From the sequence record PZ386955.1: a stretch of 64,000 bases of DNA. One strand, 5' to 3'. A program made the position numbers and the translations under genes. Positions 37,981 through 47,860 of the stretch are shown here, piece after piece; positions within the stretch are counted from its first letter, which is position 1; each line of letters begins with the position of its first letter. Source of the DNA: a phage. The notes under the pieces were generated by a model. It was not told where the DNA came from. It ran no database searches and was given only the letters and a program-made list of their open reading frames with translations.

Positions 37981-38928
37981 TTAGAAACAGTGCAGGAAGT
38001 TTCGACCATACTGCAAACCAATAGGAGCAAATGGGATATCATCATCGAAATCTTGAACAACAGGTTCTGGTTCTTTCGGTGCTGGCTCTTTCTTCTCTAC
38101 TTTTTTAGTTTCTTTCTTAACTTCTTGTACTGGGGTAGACATTCCACGGATAGCAGCAGCTACTTTATCAGACAAAGCAAGAACTTCACGAGCAGCTTCA
38201 ATAATCTCTTCTGCCGTTACAGTTTTACCTGTATGATCACGACAAGCGTTAAGAATTGCGTGTCCAACTGAAGCACCAAGATCATAGTCAGTCACATCAA
38301 CGCCACGATCTTTAGCAATTTCAGCTTTCAGAGTAACAGTTGCAGATTGTACCACACCAGCCAAGTCGAAAGCATCACCTTTCACACCAGCACGTAGAAG
38401 CTCCAGAGCGCCGTTTACAGCGTGTCCTGTTTCAATCCCTACGGTATCACGTTTTTTGTAGTTAGGCTTGCTACCTTCGTTATTAGATGGCTTATTTCCA
38501 CCTTTTGAAGAAGATTGCGCTTGCTGAACACCTTCTGTTGAAAGAACAGTGATTTTACCTTTAGAGGAGTTGTAGTATGTTTTGCCATTCCATTCGGAAG
38601 GTTTAACATCCATAGTTAGTTCTACACCTTTTTCGATAGTAACCCACTTGTCACCATCTTTAACTTGCAGGTTTTCATGTTCTGGATGCAGTTTAACTTC
38701 ACCTAGGCTAACCCAAACACCTTTATCATCAGCACCAGCACCTTTCTCTTTAATAAGCAGAGATGCTTTGTGAGTTGATTCAATTTTCTTATCTGGCTGA
38801 CCTGCAACCTTAATATAAGAGACTTTCATTTCATCAAACTTATCCAGTTTGACATATTCAACGATACCTTCAGCCCAGAATGCTTCTTTTTTAGTACGAC
38901 GGTCGATTTCAGAATTAATTACTGGCAT
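37981..38928 (-). CDS. Putative ssDNA-binding protein with SSB-like acidic DFDDDIPF motif
   Basis: Gly/Ser/Asn/Lys-rich linker, Pro/Glu/Lys-rich segment, then QDFDDDIPF (same as the E. coli SSB C-terminal tip) followed by a further 15 residues. Confidence 0.45.
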   Translation of the reverse strand: MPVINSEIDRRTKKEAFWAEGIVEYVKLDKFDEMKVSYIKVAGQPDKKIESTHKASLLIKEKGAGADDKGVWVSLGEVKLHPEHENLQVKDGDKWVTIEKGVELTMDVKPSEWNGKTYYNSSKGKITVLSTEGVQQAQSSSKGGNKPSNNEGSKPNYKKRDTVGIETGHAVNGALELLRAGVKGDAFDLAGVVQSATVTLKAEIAKDRGVDVTDYDLGASVGHAILNACRDHTGKTVTAEEIIEAAREVLALSDKVAAAIRGMSTPVQEVKKETKKVEKKEPAPKEPEPVVQDFDDDIPFAPIGLQYGRNFLHCF

Positions 38929-38944
38929 AAATTCTCCTCTATAA

Positions 38945-39343
38945 TTACATTACTTTAACACAAAACTCTCGTAAAAGAGTAGCGTCAGTTTCTTCCAACA
39001 GGTATTTACCAAGACCAATACCAAATCCTATTTCACCACTTTCGAAATGGAGGATTTGTATCTTTTCTCCACCAAGGTTAATTACTTTTGCTTTTCCAGG
39101 ATTATCCAAAACATCTCGTATTGTATCCTGTAGTAGCATTAGTTCACGTTTTGTGATAGTGGTTTCAGATATCTCTTTGTTTTCTACTCTCACTGTTAAA
39201 CGATTGTATCCACCAAAGAGACATAGTATTTGAATAAAAAAGGTATTATCTTGAGGTTCAACATCTTTTTTAGTTAGCTCAAGACGATTAGTTTCTCTAC
39301 TATAGAACGTCTCGACTAAGATTTTAGAACGATTATCTGTCAT
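38945..39343 (-). CDS. Hypothetical protein
   Basis: 132-aa ORF between the nucleotidyltransferase and SSB-like genes. Confidence 0.4.
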   Translation of the reverse strand: MTDNRSKILVETFYSRETNRLELTKKDVEPQDNTFFIQILCLFGGYNRLTVRVENKEISETTITKRELMLLQDTIRDVLDNPGKAKVINLGGEKIQILHFESGEIGFGIGLGKYLLEETDATLLREFCVKVM

Positions 39344-39386
39344 TCAAGTCCTCATAATAACACATAATTATAATGTTTGTCAACAC

Positions 39387-39980
39387 TTAAATTTTAAATT
39401 CTTCATTGTTAAATGAATCCAGTGTACGTACTTCTGGCTCTTTGGGAATGAAAACGTCTTTTACAAAGCGGAACATAGGGAAACGTTCTGCCATTTTACG
39501 GACGTGTGCTTCTTTACCTGTGTATCGGTGATTAATAGTACAAATATTAGTTTTCAGTGCAAATTCAAAATCTGGATGATATACATAATTTTGACCATCC
39601 CAGTAACACAAGCAAATAGCTACATCAAAGTTCCATACGATTTCACTGCGTACACCTTCTTCCATGATCATAAAGTTAAACTTAAGATCTTTATAGTATG
39701 CTTCAAATACCCATTTCAAATGTGGTAGTTCGGCATAAGTGTGTTCTGTTTGCTTAGTAAGTTGTTTAACATTACGTGCACCAACACCCAACATCAAAAA
39801 CTTCTCTACTAGCACGAGTGTATTGTGGTTAGGCATACGCAAGTAAATGTCAATGTCTTGTGCAGGTTTCTCTAATCGCCAATCACGTACAGCGCCGCCA
39901 GCTACAATTGCAAACGGATCTACCAGTTGGCACATACGTAATACTTCTAAAGCGCGTACTTTTTGATCTTCAATATTCAT
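39387..39980 (-). CDS. Small nucleotidyltransferase (Pol beta superfamily; GGAVRD ... DIDI motif)
   Basis: IVAGGAVRDWRL...AQDIDIYL matches the hG[GS]-x-DhD signature (CCA-adding / minimal nucleotidyltransferase-like head); only 197 aa. Confidence 0.55.
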   Translation of the reverse strand: MNIEDQKVRALEVLRMCQLVDPFAIVAGGAVRDWRLEKPAQDIDIYLRMPNHNTLVLVEKFLMLGVGARNVKQLTKQTEHTYAELPHLKWVFEAYYKDLKFNFMIMEEGVRSEIVWNFDVAICLCYWDGQNYVYHPDFEFALKTNICTINHRYTGKEAHVRKMAERFPMFRFVKDVFIPKEPEVRTLDSFNNEEFKI

Positions 39981-40117
39981 ATTTTCTCCTATCTCTTATG
40001 GTCTTTGCGTTATTCTAGATGTTCAAACATCTAATTATGAAATGGTTTAAAAGTGTGGAACAACCTTGGCAATAACAGATTGTCCCACATAAAAACTCCT
40101 TTAAAATCAAATAGATA

Positions 40118-42697
40118 CTAGTGACAACTGGCCCATGAGTTACCAACATCGTAACCAGCAGTGAGAGGTACATTAAGATTGTAATACTCACCAGCTTTAT
40201 TAACAGCAATAGATGCTAATTCTCCAGCACGACTGTAGGCTGTAAACCAACCACCTTTCGGAGATTCATGTACGTTAGCCCAAATCTTGCCAGTACGTTT
40301 CTCTTCCTCTTCTTTCCAGGCATTAACTTTATCCAAACATTCTTTATCAATTTTCTTTTGTTCTTCTGGATCATCAACTTGAGTCCAACCTAAAGATTCT
40401 TTAGAGAACCATTTAAAATGCACCAGATCACGAGTTACTTCAAGCTGTGCTTCATCGTGGTATGCAATCATTTGTTGAACGAATGACTTATTTTTCCAGT
40501 CATCAACAAAAAAGTCAACAGCTAATCCTTCTTCTTCGATAAGATCGTCGTAGATAACCATTGCTCTTTTTGCACAAATAACACCACCACTCTGGAACAG
40601 AGAGTTAAGTATTGCGTGTGCAGATCGTGTAGGTACTTTTCTACCATCAATACCGAGAATGTATTTCTTACCTGTTTTAACCCAAAAATCATGCAGACGT
40701 TCTTTAAGAAGCGCAAGAGGTTTTGCAGCTTCCCAGAAAGCATCGTATACAAGCTGTCCTGTATACATATCACTACCAATAGTTTTTGCTACTTTTGCAG
40801 CTTGAGCACCATAAGTAATACCATACTTAACAGATTTAGCAGGGCTTCGTTCAAACTTACGACCAATAGTATCAGAAATACGTCGAGCCATCATTGTATG
40901 AACATCATTAGGTTTTTCCAACAATAGAGCATTACAATATTCGTGTGGTTCCTGCTCGTACCGCCAACAGTAGTGTGATTCTATTTTTGCCTCAAGAGAA
41001 TCAAAGTCATAACCAATTTGGAAGTATTTTGGAACTTCTACACCAAATAAGTTACGCATTTCATACCCGTACAAAGATGTTACACGTGGGATGTTTGCTA
41101 CTAACCTATGTTTCATACGAGACGTAGCTGCATCACACGTTGCAGCAGGAGTTGGTATACGACCATCAGCCCTTACTGCCGCCAGATACCCTTTATCATA
41201 ATCCTCTTCATCTTCTTCCCAATCAGCACCACCACCTAGAATAGAGTTTCTACGATGTTTATACGTAAGATACTGCACAATCTGCGTAGCATAAGGAAAC
41301 TTTTCACCTAGTGCTTCCAAGTTAGGACAAATATCCTTCTCTTGCCCTTTTGTAAAGGAAGGGTTAGTAAGCACTTTAACACCACGACCTTTAGCTTTAG
41401 CAATACGATCTCTTAGTTTCCATTCCAAAGTTTCTGGTGTGCACTCCAGATGATCACATCTATCCTGGCAGAAGTTAGATGCTAATGTTTGATCAACATA
41501 GTCACGAATAGCTTTCTCCATTTGTGCTTCATCTTTCTTAATCTTAGTGCCAGATTTAAGAGTGATATCTTTATCTTTATATTCAGATGGACTCCAACCT
41601 AAACCAACTAACCAATTTTTAATATGTGTAGTGTCATCTAAAGTAGCAGGTACTGTAGGATCACAAATAGGTTCTTCTGCTGGAATAGGTAGTTTAAACT
41701 CTTTACCTAATGCAAATAACCACCAACCATCTTCTTTTTGTACAAGTTCACCAGAATGTTTCTCTGCAAACTTTATCATGTTACTTGAAGGTTCACCATT
41801 CTTTTTAAACTGTAGTTTAGGTGGAATGAATGATTTCAAATAACCTTTAGTAGCAGGTTTAGGAGGTAGCACAGGTTCTGCCTCTAAACGACATGCTTCC
41901 ATTCGAGCATCCAGATCACGAATATTATCTTCTGCTTGTTTCATATTGAAAGCAAAGCCACGGTGCTCTTGACGTGTAATAATATCAGCTACACGTTGTT
42001 CTAAGTTAAATGGTTCAGACCACTTATTATAATCACCCCACTCTTCCATCAAATAACGGAACACTGCGGTGTTAGCTTTGTTATCGTAAATACAGTAATA
42101 CAGCATATCTGCTGCAAATGTTTTAAATCTTTCAGTTTCAGGAATGTTTTTTCTAAAATCAATTTTAACATCCCCTCCAGCTTTCTTAGATAACTCTGCC
42201 AGACTATGACCACCGAAGCGATCAGGGTTTAGTGTCTTACTTAAGATCATAGTATCACAAATTTCAATGTTACTATTACCCCAAGTATTGTACTTAATAC
42301 TGTAGTTGAGTTTAAAAAATAATTTAATTGCCAGTAAGTCGAAGTTAATGATGTTGTGTCCAACTACTTTGGTAATTTTATAGTTTGAATTACCTTTAAA
42401 TTTACCTGTTCCATTTACAAAATCAGGAAAATCTTTAAGAGGGAAATGGGTATATTCTAAATGCTCATATTCCTCCAGTCGGTATTCATACTTTCCGTCA
42501 GTCTCAATATACGGACGACCATCGAAAAGATATTTATCACCATCATGGAAAGCAATAATCTCTCCAGTATCATGACTTTCGCACACAATACAGTGCATTG
42601 CAAAACTATCTTTTAAACGATATGGACTTGCCAAGTAATCTACACTTTCGTCATTAAGCAAGTTGTTACTTTCAATGTCGAAAGTAAAAGCTCCCAT
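40118..42697 (-). CDS. DNA polymerase, family A, with 3'-5' exonuclease domain
   Basis: Exo I FTFDIESNN; motif A-like DFDSLEAKI; motif B-like RSPAKSVKYGITYGAQ; motif C IAYHDEAQ; 859 aa. Confidence 0.8.
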   Translation of the reverse strand: MGAFTFDIESNNLLNDESVDYLASPYRLKDSFAMHCIVCESHDTGEIIAFHDGDKYLFDGRPYIETDGKYEYRLEEYEHLEYTHFPLKDFPDFVNGTGKFKGNSNYKITKVVGHNIINFDLLAIKLFFKLNYSIKYNTWGNSNIEICDTMILSKTLNPDRFGGHSLAELSKKAGGDVKIDFRKNIPETERFKTFAADMLYYCIYDNKANTAVFRYLMEEWGDYNKWSEPFNLEQRVADIITRQEHRGFAFNMKQAEDNIRDLDARMEACRLEAEPVLPPKPATKGYLKSFIPPKLQFKKNGEPSSNMIKFAEKHSGELVQKEDGWWLFALGKEFKLPIPAEEPICDPTVPATLDDTTHIKNWLVGLGWSPSEYKDKDITLKSGTKIKKDEAQMEKAIRDYVDQTLASNFCQDRCDHLECTPETLEWKLRDRIAKAKGRGVKVLTNPSFTKGQEKDICPNLEALGEKFPYATQIVQYLTYKHRRNSILGGGADWEEDEEDYDKGYLAAVRADGRIPTPAATCDAATSRMKHRLVANIPRVTSLYGYEMRNLFGVEVPKYFQIGYDFDSLEAKIESHYCWRYEQEPHEYCNALLLEKPNDVHTMMARRISDTIGRKFERSPAKSVKYGITYGAQAAKVAKTIGSDMYTGQLVYDAFWEAAKPLALLKERLHDFWVKTGKKYILGIDGRKVPTRSAHAILNSLFQSGGVICAKRAMVIYDDLIEEEGLAVDFFVDDWKNKSFVQQMIAYHDEAQLEVTRDLVHFKWFSKESLGWTQVDDPEEQKKIDKECLDKVNAWKEEEEKRTGKIWANVHESPKGGWFTAYSRAGELASIAVNKAGEYYNLNVPLTAGYDVGNSWASCH

Positions 42698-42787
42698 TCT
42701 CCCTCCTTAAAATATTTCTAAAGTCTTAATTTGTTAATACTGTACCATAAATTAATTGTTTTGTAAAGGGGCTTTCGCCCCTTCTTG

Positions 42788-43183
42788 TTATTTATTGTCA
42801 GCACTTAATTGTACTTTAATAAGGCAATTAGGGACACCATTGGTATTTCTCAAGCCTACACGTTCAATTTTAACTGTCCCTGTTAAGCCACTAAAAGTGG
42901 AAACAATGTTGTTAATGTTTTCATCCTTACTAGCGATATCAAGAACAACTTTATCACTAACATTTTTCAACATACGATCTACAAGCTCTCCCACAAAACC
43001 ACTGGTAGTTTGAATGAGAAGGTATAGGCAACCATCCTCAAACCACAAATGTTCACCATAAGCATAACCGTATGGTTCTAACTCCGATCCATCTTGAAAT
43101 TTAAACTTAGCAATAGTTTTCGTATAATCATACCCTAACGCATAAGGGGATACCCCATAGAGGATATTTTCGTTGTCTTTCAT
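42788..43183 (-). CDS. Hypothetical protein
   Basis: Track ORF 42788..43312 overlaps the primase-helicase 3' end; internal ATG at 43183 with AAGGAGAG RBS. Confidence 0.4.
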   Translation of the reverse strand: MKDNENILYGVSPYALGYDYTKTIAKFKFQDGSELEPYGYAYGEHLWFEDGCLYLLIQTTSGFVGELVDRMLKNVSDKVVLDIASKDENINNIVSTFSGLTGTVKIERVGLRNTNGVPNCLIKVQLSADNK

Positions 43184-43193
43184 ATTTCTCTCC

Positions 43194-44966
43194 TTAATAA
43201 GAACCATCAGGAATATTCTCTGGGTTACTTGTGTATTGATCGTAATCGTGAAGTGTAGCTGTTTTAATCTCATAGAAGAAACTACCTGCTGCACCAGTCT
43301 CTGAGAACTCACGGTTCTTTAGAATGTAGCAATATGTGCGGTTACGTTCCATAGGATCTTCAGCTTGTTTATCACGCTCCAGCGCAATTGTGATACCAGC
43401 ACCTTTAGCAAGGAAGCTACTACCCATTGCATCATCTTCTACAATATGTTCATTACTATTGTTAGAAGACTTTTTAACGTGTGAAATTACAACAATGGTA
43501 ATTGCGTACTCTTTCATAATGCGTTTGAGCCACGTCGCAAGTTCCTCTTGTTGTGACACGTCCATACCAGAAAGCAAATCAGAATAAGGGTCGATAACAA
43601 GAATGGTTACTCCGAAATAAATAATCATTTCCAGAACCTTCTCTTTAATCACATCTACGTTAGCTCCACGATCATCACAAACATAGAAACGTGGTGTTCC
43701 ATCTTCCCGTTCGTAAAAATCACGAATCTTTTCTTCATTATCTTTTAAAATCTTTTCCTTCTCTTCTTTCGTTTTACGGTGAAGAGGGATATGCAAGAAT
43801 GAAGACAGTAAGTTACGAGAATACTTCTTATACGTTGCCTCCAAAGATAAAATACCAAGAGTATGTTCTGGGTGTGCAAGAATAATGTGCTTCGTAATCT
43901 CGTTAACCAACAGTGTTTTACCGATACTTGTTTTTGCAAGTATAACAGTAATTTCTTCTTCTACCAAGCCTCCACCTAACATATTAGAAGCAACACGCAT
44001 GAATGGAGGAAGGGTGATCATTTTAGCTTCCAGGCATTCCAAGGCTGCTTCATACAGTACGTTAGAAGCATAAACACCAGCAGGTGTGTACAGTTTAGCT
44101 TTGAAAAAGCGATCAAGAAAGTGATCAATTTTTCCTTCTACTAGTGCCTGGTTAGGATCTTTAACATCTGTTAGTTCCATCACGTAAACTTTATTACGTG
44201 GTAAGATTTTAACACATTTCTCAACTGCTGCACGTCCAGCTTCATCATTATCCATACATAGAACAATCTTTTTAAATTGATCTAAGAATTTATAACGATG
44301 TTGAAGCTGCTTATGCAGAGATGTTTCGCCACAAGTGCCAGATACTACAGCAGGAACAGGATATTTACCACCCTTGTTATAATCTTTTAGCATCTGTGTT
44401 GCAGCCAGCATATCGTGTTCACCACCAACGATTAGAATAGTACCGCTGTGGTTACGATATTTAAACTCCCCAAAAAGATCACAATCCTTTCCTGTTTCAC
44501 CGATAGGATGTGAGAAATCTTTTGGATCGATACGTTGTTTATACCCAGCAATATTGTAATCTTTAGTTGTAGGGTATAGTGTTGAAATTACTTCGCCAGT
44601 AGCTTCATCGTACATATAACGTACACCGAAAGGCTTAGAGATATCTTCACGAATACCGCGATAACCTTTTGGATTAGTTCCAGTGCTGGCTTTCAGTTTA
44701 TCATGTACTTCTGGATTAAACTCACTACCCAAGATATCCTCCTCTTCAATTTCTTCGCCGTGTGCATTTAACCATTTTTGATCAGGGATAGTAAAGCCAC
44801 AAGAAAAACAATGTGCGCCTCGATGGTCTTCATCGGCATCTAAGCCATATACCATCAAATTGTTTTGTGATCGATCACGCCCTCCTTTCATACAACGAGG
44901 ACACCCAGTATGTCCTTCTTGACTTAGATCAATATTATACCCATATTTATTTACAACATAAGACAC
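43194..44966 (-). CDS. DNA primase-helicase (T7 gp4-like: zinc-ribbon primase + DnaB-like helicase)
   Basis: N-terminal zinc ribbon C.RC...C.SC; DnaB-like C-terminal half with Walker A AKTSIGKT and Walker B-like VLVIDPYSDL. Confidence 0.75.
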   Translation of the reverse strand: MSYVVNKYGYNIDLSQEGHTGCPRCMKGGRDRSQNNLMVYGLDADEDHRGAHCFSCGFTIPDQKWLNAHGEEIEEEDILGSEFNPEVHDKLKASTGTNPKGYRGIREDISKPFGVRYMYDEATGEVISTLYPTTKDYNIAGYKQRIDPKDFSHPIGETGKDCDLFGEFKYRNHSGTILIVGGEHDMLAATQMLKDYNKGGKYPVPAVVSGTCGETSLHKQLQHRYKFLDQFKKIVLCMDNDEAGRAAVEKCVKILPRNKVYVMELTDVKDPNQALVEGKIDHFLDRFFKAKLYTPAGVYASNVLYEAALECLEAKMITLPPFMRVASNMLGGGLVEEEITVILAKTSIGKTLLVNEITKHIILAHPEHTLGILSLEATYKKYSRNLLSSFLHIPLHRKTKEEKEKILKDNEEKIRDFYEREDGTPRFYVCDDRGANVDVIKEKVLEMIIYFGVTILVIDPYSDLLSGMDVSQQEELATWLKRIMKEYAITIVVISHVKKSSNNSNEHIVEDDAMGSSFLAKGAGITIALERDKQAEDPMERNRTYCYILKNREFSETGAAGSFFYEIKTATLHDYDQYTSNPENIPDGSY

Positions 44967-44978
44967 ATGATTCTCCTA

Positions 44979-45248
44979 CTAAAATGATTCGTTTGTCTCC
45001 ATAATATATTGCATTTCCAAATCTTCCATATGTTTCTTAAATTGGTAAACAATTTCCGATGGGGAAATATCTATATCAAAAAGTTCTTTTGTACCAGAAT
45101 AAAATCTAATACCATCAACAATAAGACCACCATAATAATCCCAATCACTTTCTCGTGAGAAAGGGTTAGGTTCTTCATAATAGTAATCTACTTCAACAAT
45201 AATAGGTTCTTTATTATCTTGTTTATACTCAAAATCAAAAGTGTTCAT
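44979..45248 (-). CDS. Hypothetical protein
   Basis: 89-aa acidic ORF coupled to neighbours. Confidence 0.35.
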   Translation of the reverse strand: MNTFDFEYKQDNKEPIIVEVDYYYEEPNPFSRESDWDYYGGLIVDGIRFYSGTKELFDIDISPSEIVYQFKKHMEDLEMQYIMETNESF

Positions 45249-46192
45249 TATAAATCCTCGATAAGCAGTCTGCGGGTTTCATTTAAATCATCAATATTGT
45301 AGTTATCTCTTACATACTTAGCAAGAGCCAATCCTTTCTCAATACAAACATCAGGAGATTCGATTAAGTATTCTACAATATCTTTCCACTCTTTAACTGA
45401 ATCAGCAAAGAAGATTAGATCTTTAAACTCTTCAGTATAATAGTTCTCTCGTGGTGAACAAACGAGTGGCAAACCTTTAGCACCAGCTTCAAGAATTTTT
45501 AAATTACTTTTGGCATTATTAAAATGATTATTTACTAATGGAGCTATGGAGATTTGATGACCATCGTATGCTTCCATATAACACTCATAAGGACGAATAC
45601 CCTCATAAACACAATCTGGTTGAATATCTTCTTTAATTTGCAACCATTGAGCACTACTTAACTCTTCGTGATCTCTACGAAATCCACATAAAGTTAAATC
45701 TTTACCAAAACTAGGAAGAATAGCTAAATCATGTTTATGTGTTTCACTTCCCGCCCAAACCAGTGGACTTTTAGAATAACGATCTTTAGTAAGAACAAAC
45801 TGTCCTTCATCAAAAGGTAGTCCGTTAGGCACAATATGTACATTATCATTGTATTGGCTTAATTCAACCTTTAATGCTGGAGTTGTTGTAGTTACAAGAT
45901 CGCTTCTTTCAAGGAACCATTTTAGATCATCTCGGATTTGATTTTCAAATAATCCTTCAAGCATATGTCCTTCAGGAATAATTAAAGAATCATCCAGATC
46001 CATTACCAATTTAAACCCAAGTTGTTTAAGAGCCAGGAAACCTGGCTTTCCACGGGTTGGTACTCCATTGAACACAAAAATATTATGCTTAGGATTAATG
46101 GTCAGTTTGCGTTTATATGGCAAAATGATTCTATGAAAATCACATACACTATACTTTTCATTTTCGCGTGTGTCAAGAATAATGTTAGGCAT
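45248..46192 (-). CDS. Glycosyltransferase (GT-B-like), paralogue 1
   Basis: C-terminal block DGHQISIAPLVNNHFNNAKSNLKILEAGAKGLPLVCS resembles the GT1/GT4 sugar-donor-binding region; paralogous to 46204 gene. Confidence 0.5.
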   Translation of the reverse strand: MPNIILDTRENEKYSVCDFHRIILPYKRKLTINPKHNIFVFNGVPTRGKPGFLALKQLGFKLVMDLDDSLIIPEGHMLEGLFENQIRDDLKWFLERSDLVTTTTPALKVELSQYNDNVHIVPNGLPFDEGQFVLTKDRYSKSPLVWAGSETHKHDLAILPSFGKDLTLCGFRRDHEELSSAQWLQIKEDIQPDCVYEGIRPYECYMEAYDGHQISIAPLVNNHFNNAKSNLKILEAGAKGLPLVCSPRENYYTEEFKDLIFFADSVKEWKDIVEYLIESPDVCIEKGLALAKYVRDNYNIDDLNETRRLLIEDL

Positions 46193-46203
46193 ATCGCTCC
46201 TTA

Positions 46204-47178
46204 TTAAAGACTTTCAATAACTTGACGACGCAGTTCATTGGCATCTGCAAGATTATAATTAAGACGAACGTGTTCTGCAAGCATCATACCACGATCTTCT
46301 GTGTATCTAGGGTTCCTCATTAGCTTGACAACTTCATAATGCCAAGATGCTTTAGAGTCTGCATAAATAACAGCCTTTGCATCTACTGGATTGAAGTACG
46401 GCAGCACAGGAGAACAGATAATAGGAAGACCCTTTGCACCTGCTTCCAAAATCTTCAAATTGCTTTTACAGTTGTTGAAGTCATTATCTACCAGAGGAGC
46501 AATTGCAATACTGTGACCGTCATACACAGACATATACTCACCTAGATTTTTAATAGCTGGTTTATACTGTGCATTTGGAATTTTACGTTTTATTTTAACC
46601 CACTCCGCAGTAGTTAGATACTGACTATTATTTCCAACAGGTGCAGAAGGATACACTTCGTACCCTGCAATTGTCAATAGTGTATCATCAAATGTATTAG
46701 CTACAAGAGATAAATCAGGTTCATGGCTTGCTCCTCCAGCCCAAACAATAGGTGTGTCAGAATAACGGTCTTTTGTTAAAGTAAATTGACCTTCATCGTA
46801 AGGCAGTGCGTTTCTAATAACGACAACATTACGATTTAAATGACGAATTTTGTAAGCTAGGTATTCTGTTGTTACAGTAACCACATCTGCTAACTTAATC
46901 ATCTCTACAATAGTCTTTGAGTGATTAGTAAATACGCCAGCCATATAATGTTCAGGATTAAGCGAATAAAAATCATCTAAATCAACAATAATCTTAACAC
47001 CTTGTGCCTTCAGGCGTTTAACTTCGTCTGATCCACGAGAATACACTCTATTAAAAACTAAAACGTCTTTCTTAGGTTTAAACGTATTTCCAGCAAATGG
47101 CATTACAATACGATGGTAATCACAACCACTGCCTAACTTATTATCACACTTAAGTACAGGAGTATTAGGATTTACCAT
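46204..47178 (-). CDS. Glycosyltransferase (GT-B-like), paralogue 2
   Basis: Block DGHSIAIAPLVDNDFNNCKSNLKILEAGAKGLPIICS nearly identical to paralogue 1; start taken at internal ATG 47178 after GAGGAGG (track start 47217 also possible). Confidence 0.5.
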   Translation of the reverse strand: MVNPNTPVLKCDNKLGSGCDYHRIVMPFAGNTFKPKKDVLVFNRVYSRGSDEVKRLKAQGVKIIVDLDDFYSLNPEHYMAGVFTNHSKTIVEMIKLADVVTVTTEYLAYKIRHLNRNVVVIRNALPYDEGQFTLTKDRYSDTPIVWAGGASHEPDLSLVANTFDDTLLTIAGYEVYPSAPVGNNSQYLTTAEWVKIKRKIPNAQYKPAIKNLGEYMSVYDGHSIAIAPLVDNDFNNCKSNLKILEAGAKGLPIICSPVLPYFNPVDAKAVIYADSKASWHYEVVKLMRNPRYTEDRGMMLAEHVRLNYNLADANELRRQVIESL

Positions 47179-47851
47179 ATTTTTGAGCCTCCTCATAAGA
47201 GATAAAAGTTTTACCATTGCGAAGATCCTCCAGTGATTGTTTATATTGTTCCCAGTTTACACCAATCCCCTGTTCTTTCTCTTCTTTTGACAGATTCGCA
47301 AAAGGTAAAGGATTGTCTCCAAACACATCGTCAGGATGGATAAACGCCATAATTCGAATAGGACATGGTACGCCGTGAATACCTCGGTTCAAACCTGCCA
47401 GTGGAACGCGCTGAATCCACTCTGCATCTTCATATCCATAACCGTGGGTGTATGAGCGGAAATAGCCAGCTTTCTCAATAACTGCACGGGAATACATACC
47501 AAACTGGCACATGCCTAGCTCCCAAATAACCACTTCTCCTTCAATACCTTTTACTTTATCTTTAAAGTATTCAGGCATACCAAAGAAATCCCAACCATTT
47601 TCCTTCGCCTGTTTTACAAAATATGTTTCCCAACCTGGAACAACAGGATAACAATCATCATCAAAAATAAACCAGTAGTCATACCCTTCATCATAAAACT
47701 TTTTCATCAGTTCATTACGGGCATATGCAACACCTTTTCGTTCACGATCATACTGTACAACAAAAGTAGCATTAGGATCAGTTACAAGATAATCTTTAAG
47801 AGGACGCTTACCTACAGTAATAACACCAACACCAATTTTTGTATTTTCCAA
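47165..47851 (-). CDS. Glycosyltransferase, GT-A-like (DxD motif)
   Basis: Rossmann-like N-terminus IGVGVITVGKRP and acidic FIFDDDCYP motif typical of family 2-like GT-A enzymes. Confidence 0.5.
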   Translation of the reverse strand: MENTKIGVGVITVGKRPLKDYLVTDPNATFVVQYDRERKGVAYARNELMKKFYDEGYDYWFIFDDDCYPVVPGWETYFVKQAKENGWDFFGMPEYFKDKVKGIEGEVVIWELGMCQFGMYSRAVIEKAGYFRSYTHGYGYEDAEWIQRVPLAGLNRGIHGVPCPIRIMAFIHPDDVFGDNPLPFANLSKEEKEQGIGVNWEQYKQSLEDLRNGKTFISYEEAQKYGKS

Positions 47852-47860
47852 AATAACTCC

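Noticed and set aside
38945-39980. HEPN-MNT type toxin-antitoxin pair (nucleotidyltransferase plus neighbouring 132-aa ORF)
   Set aside because: The neighbouring ORF lacks an R-x(4-6)-H HEPN motif; the pairing is therefore not supported, and only the nucleotidyltransferase call is retained.
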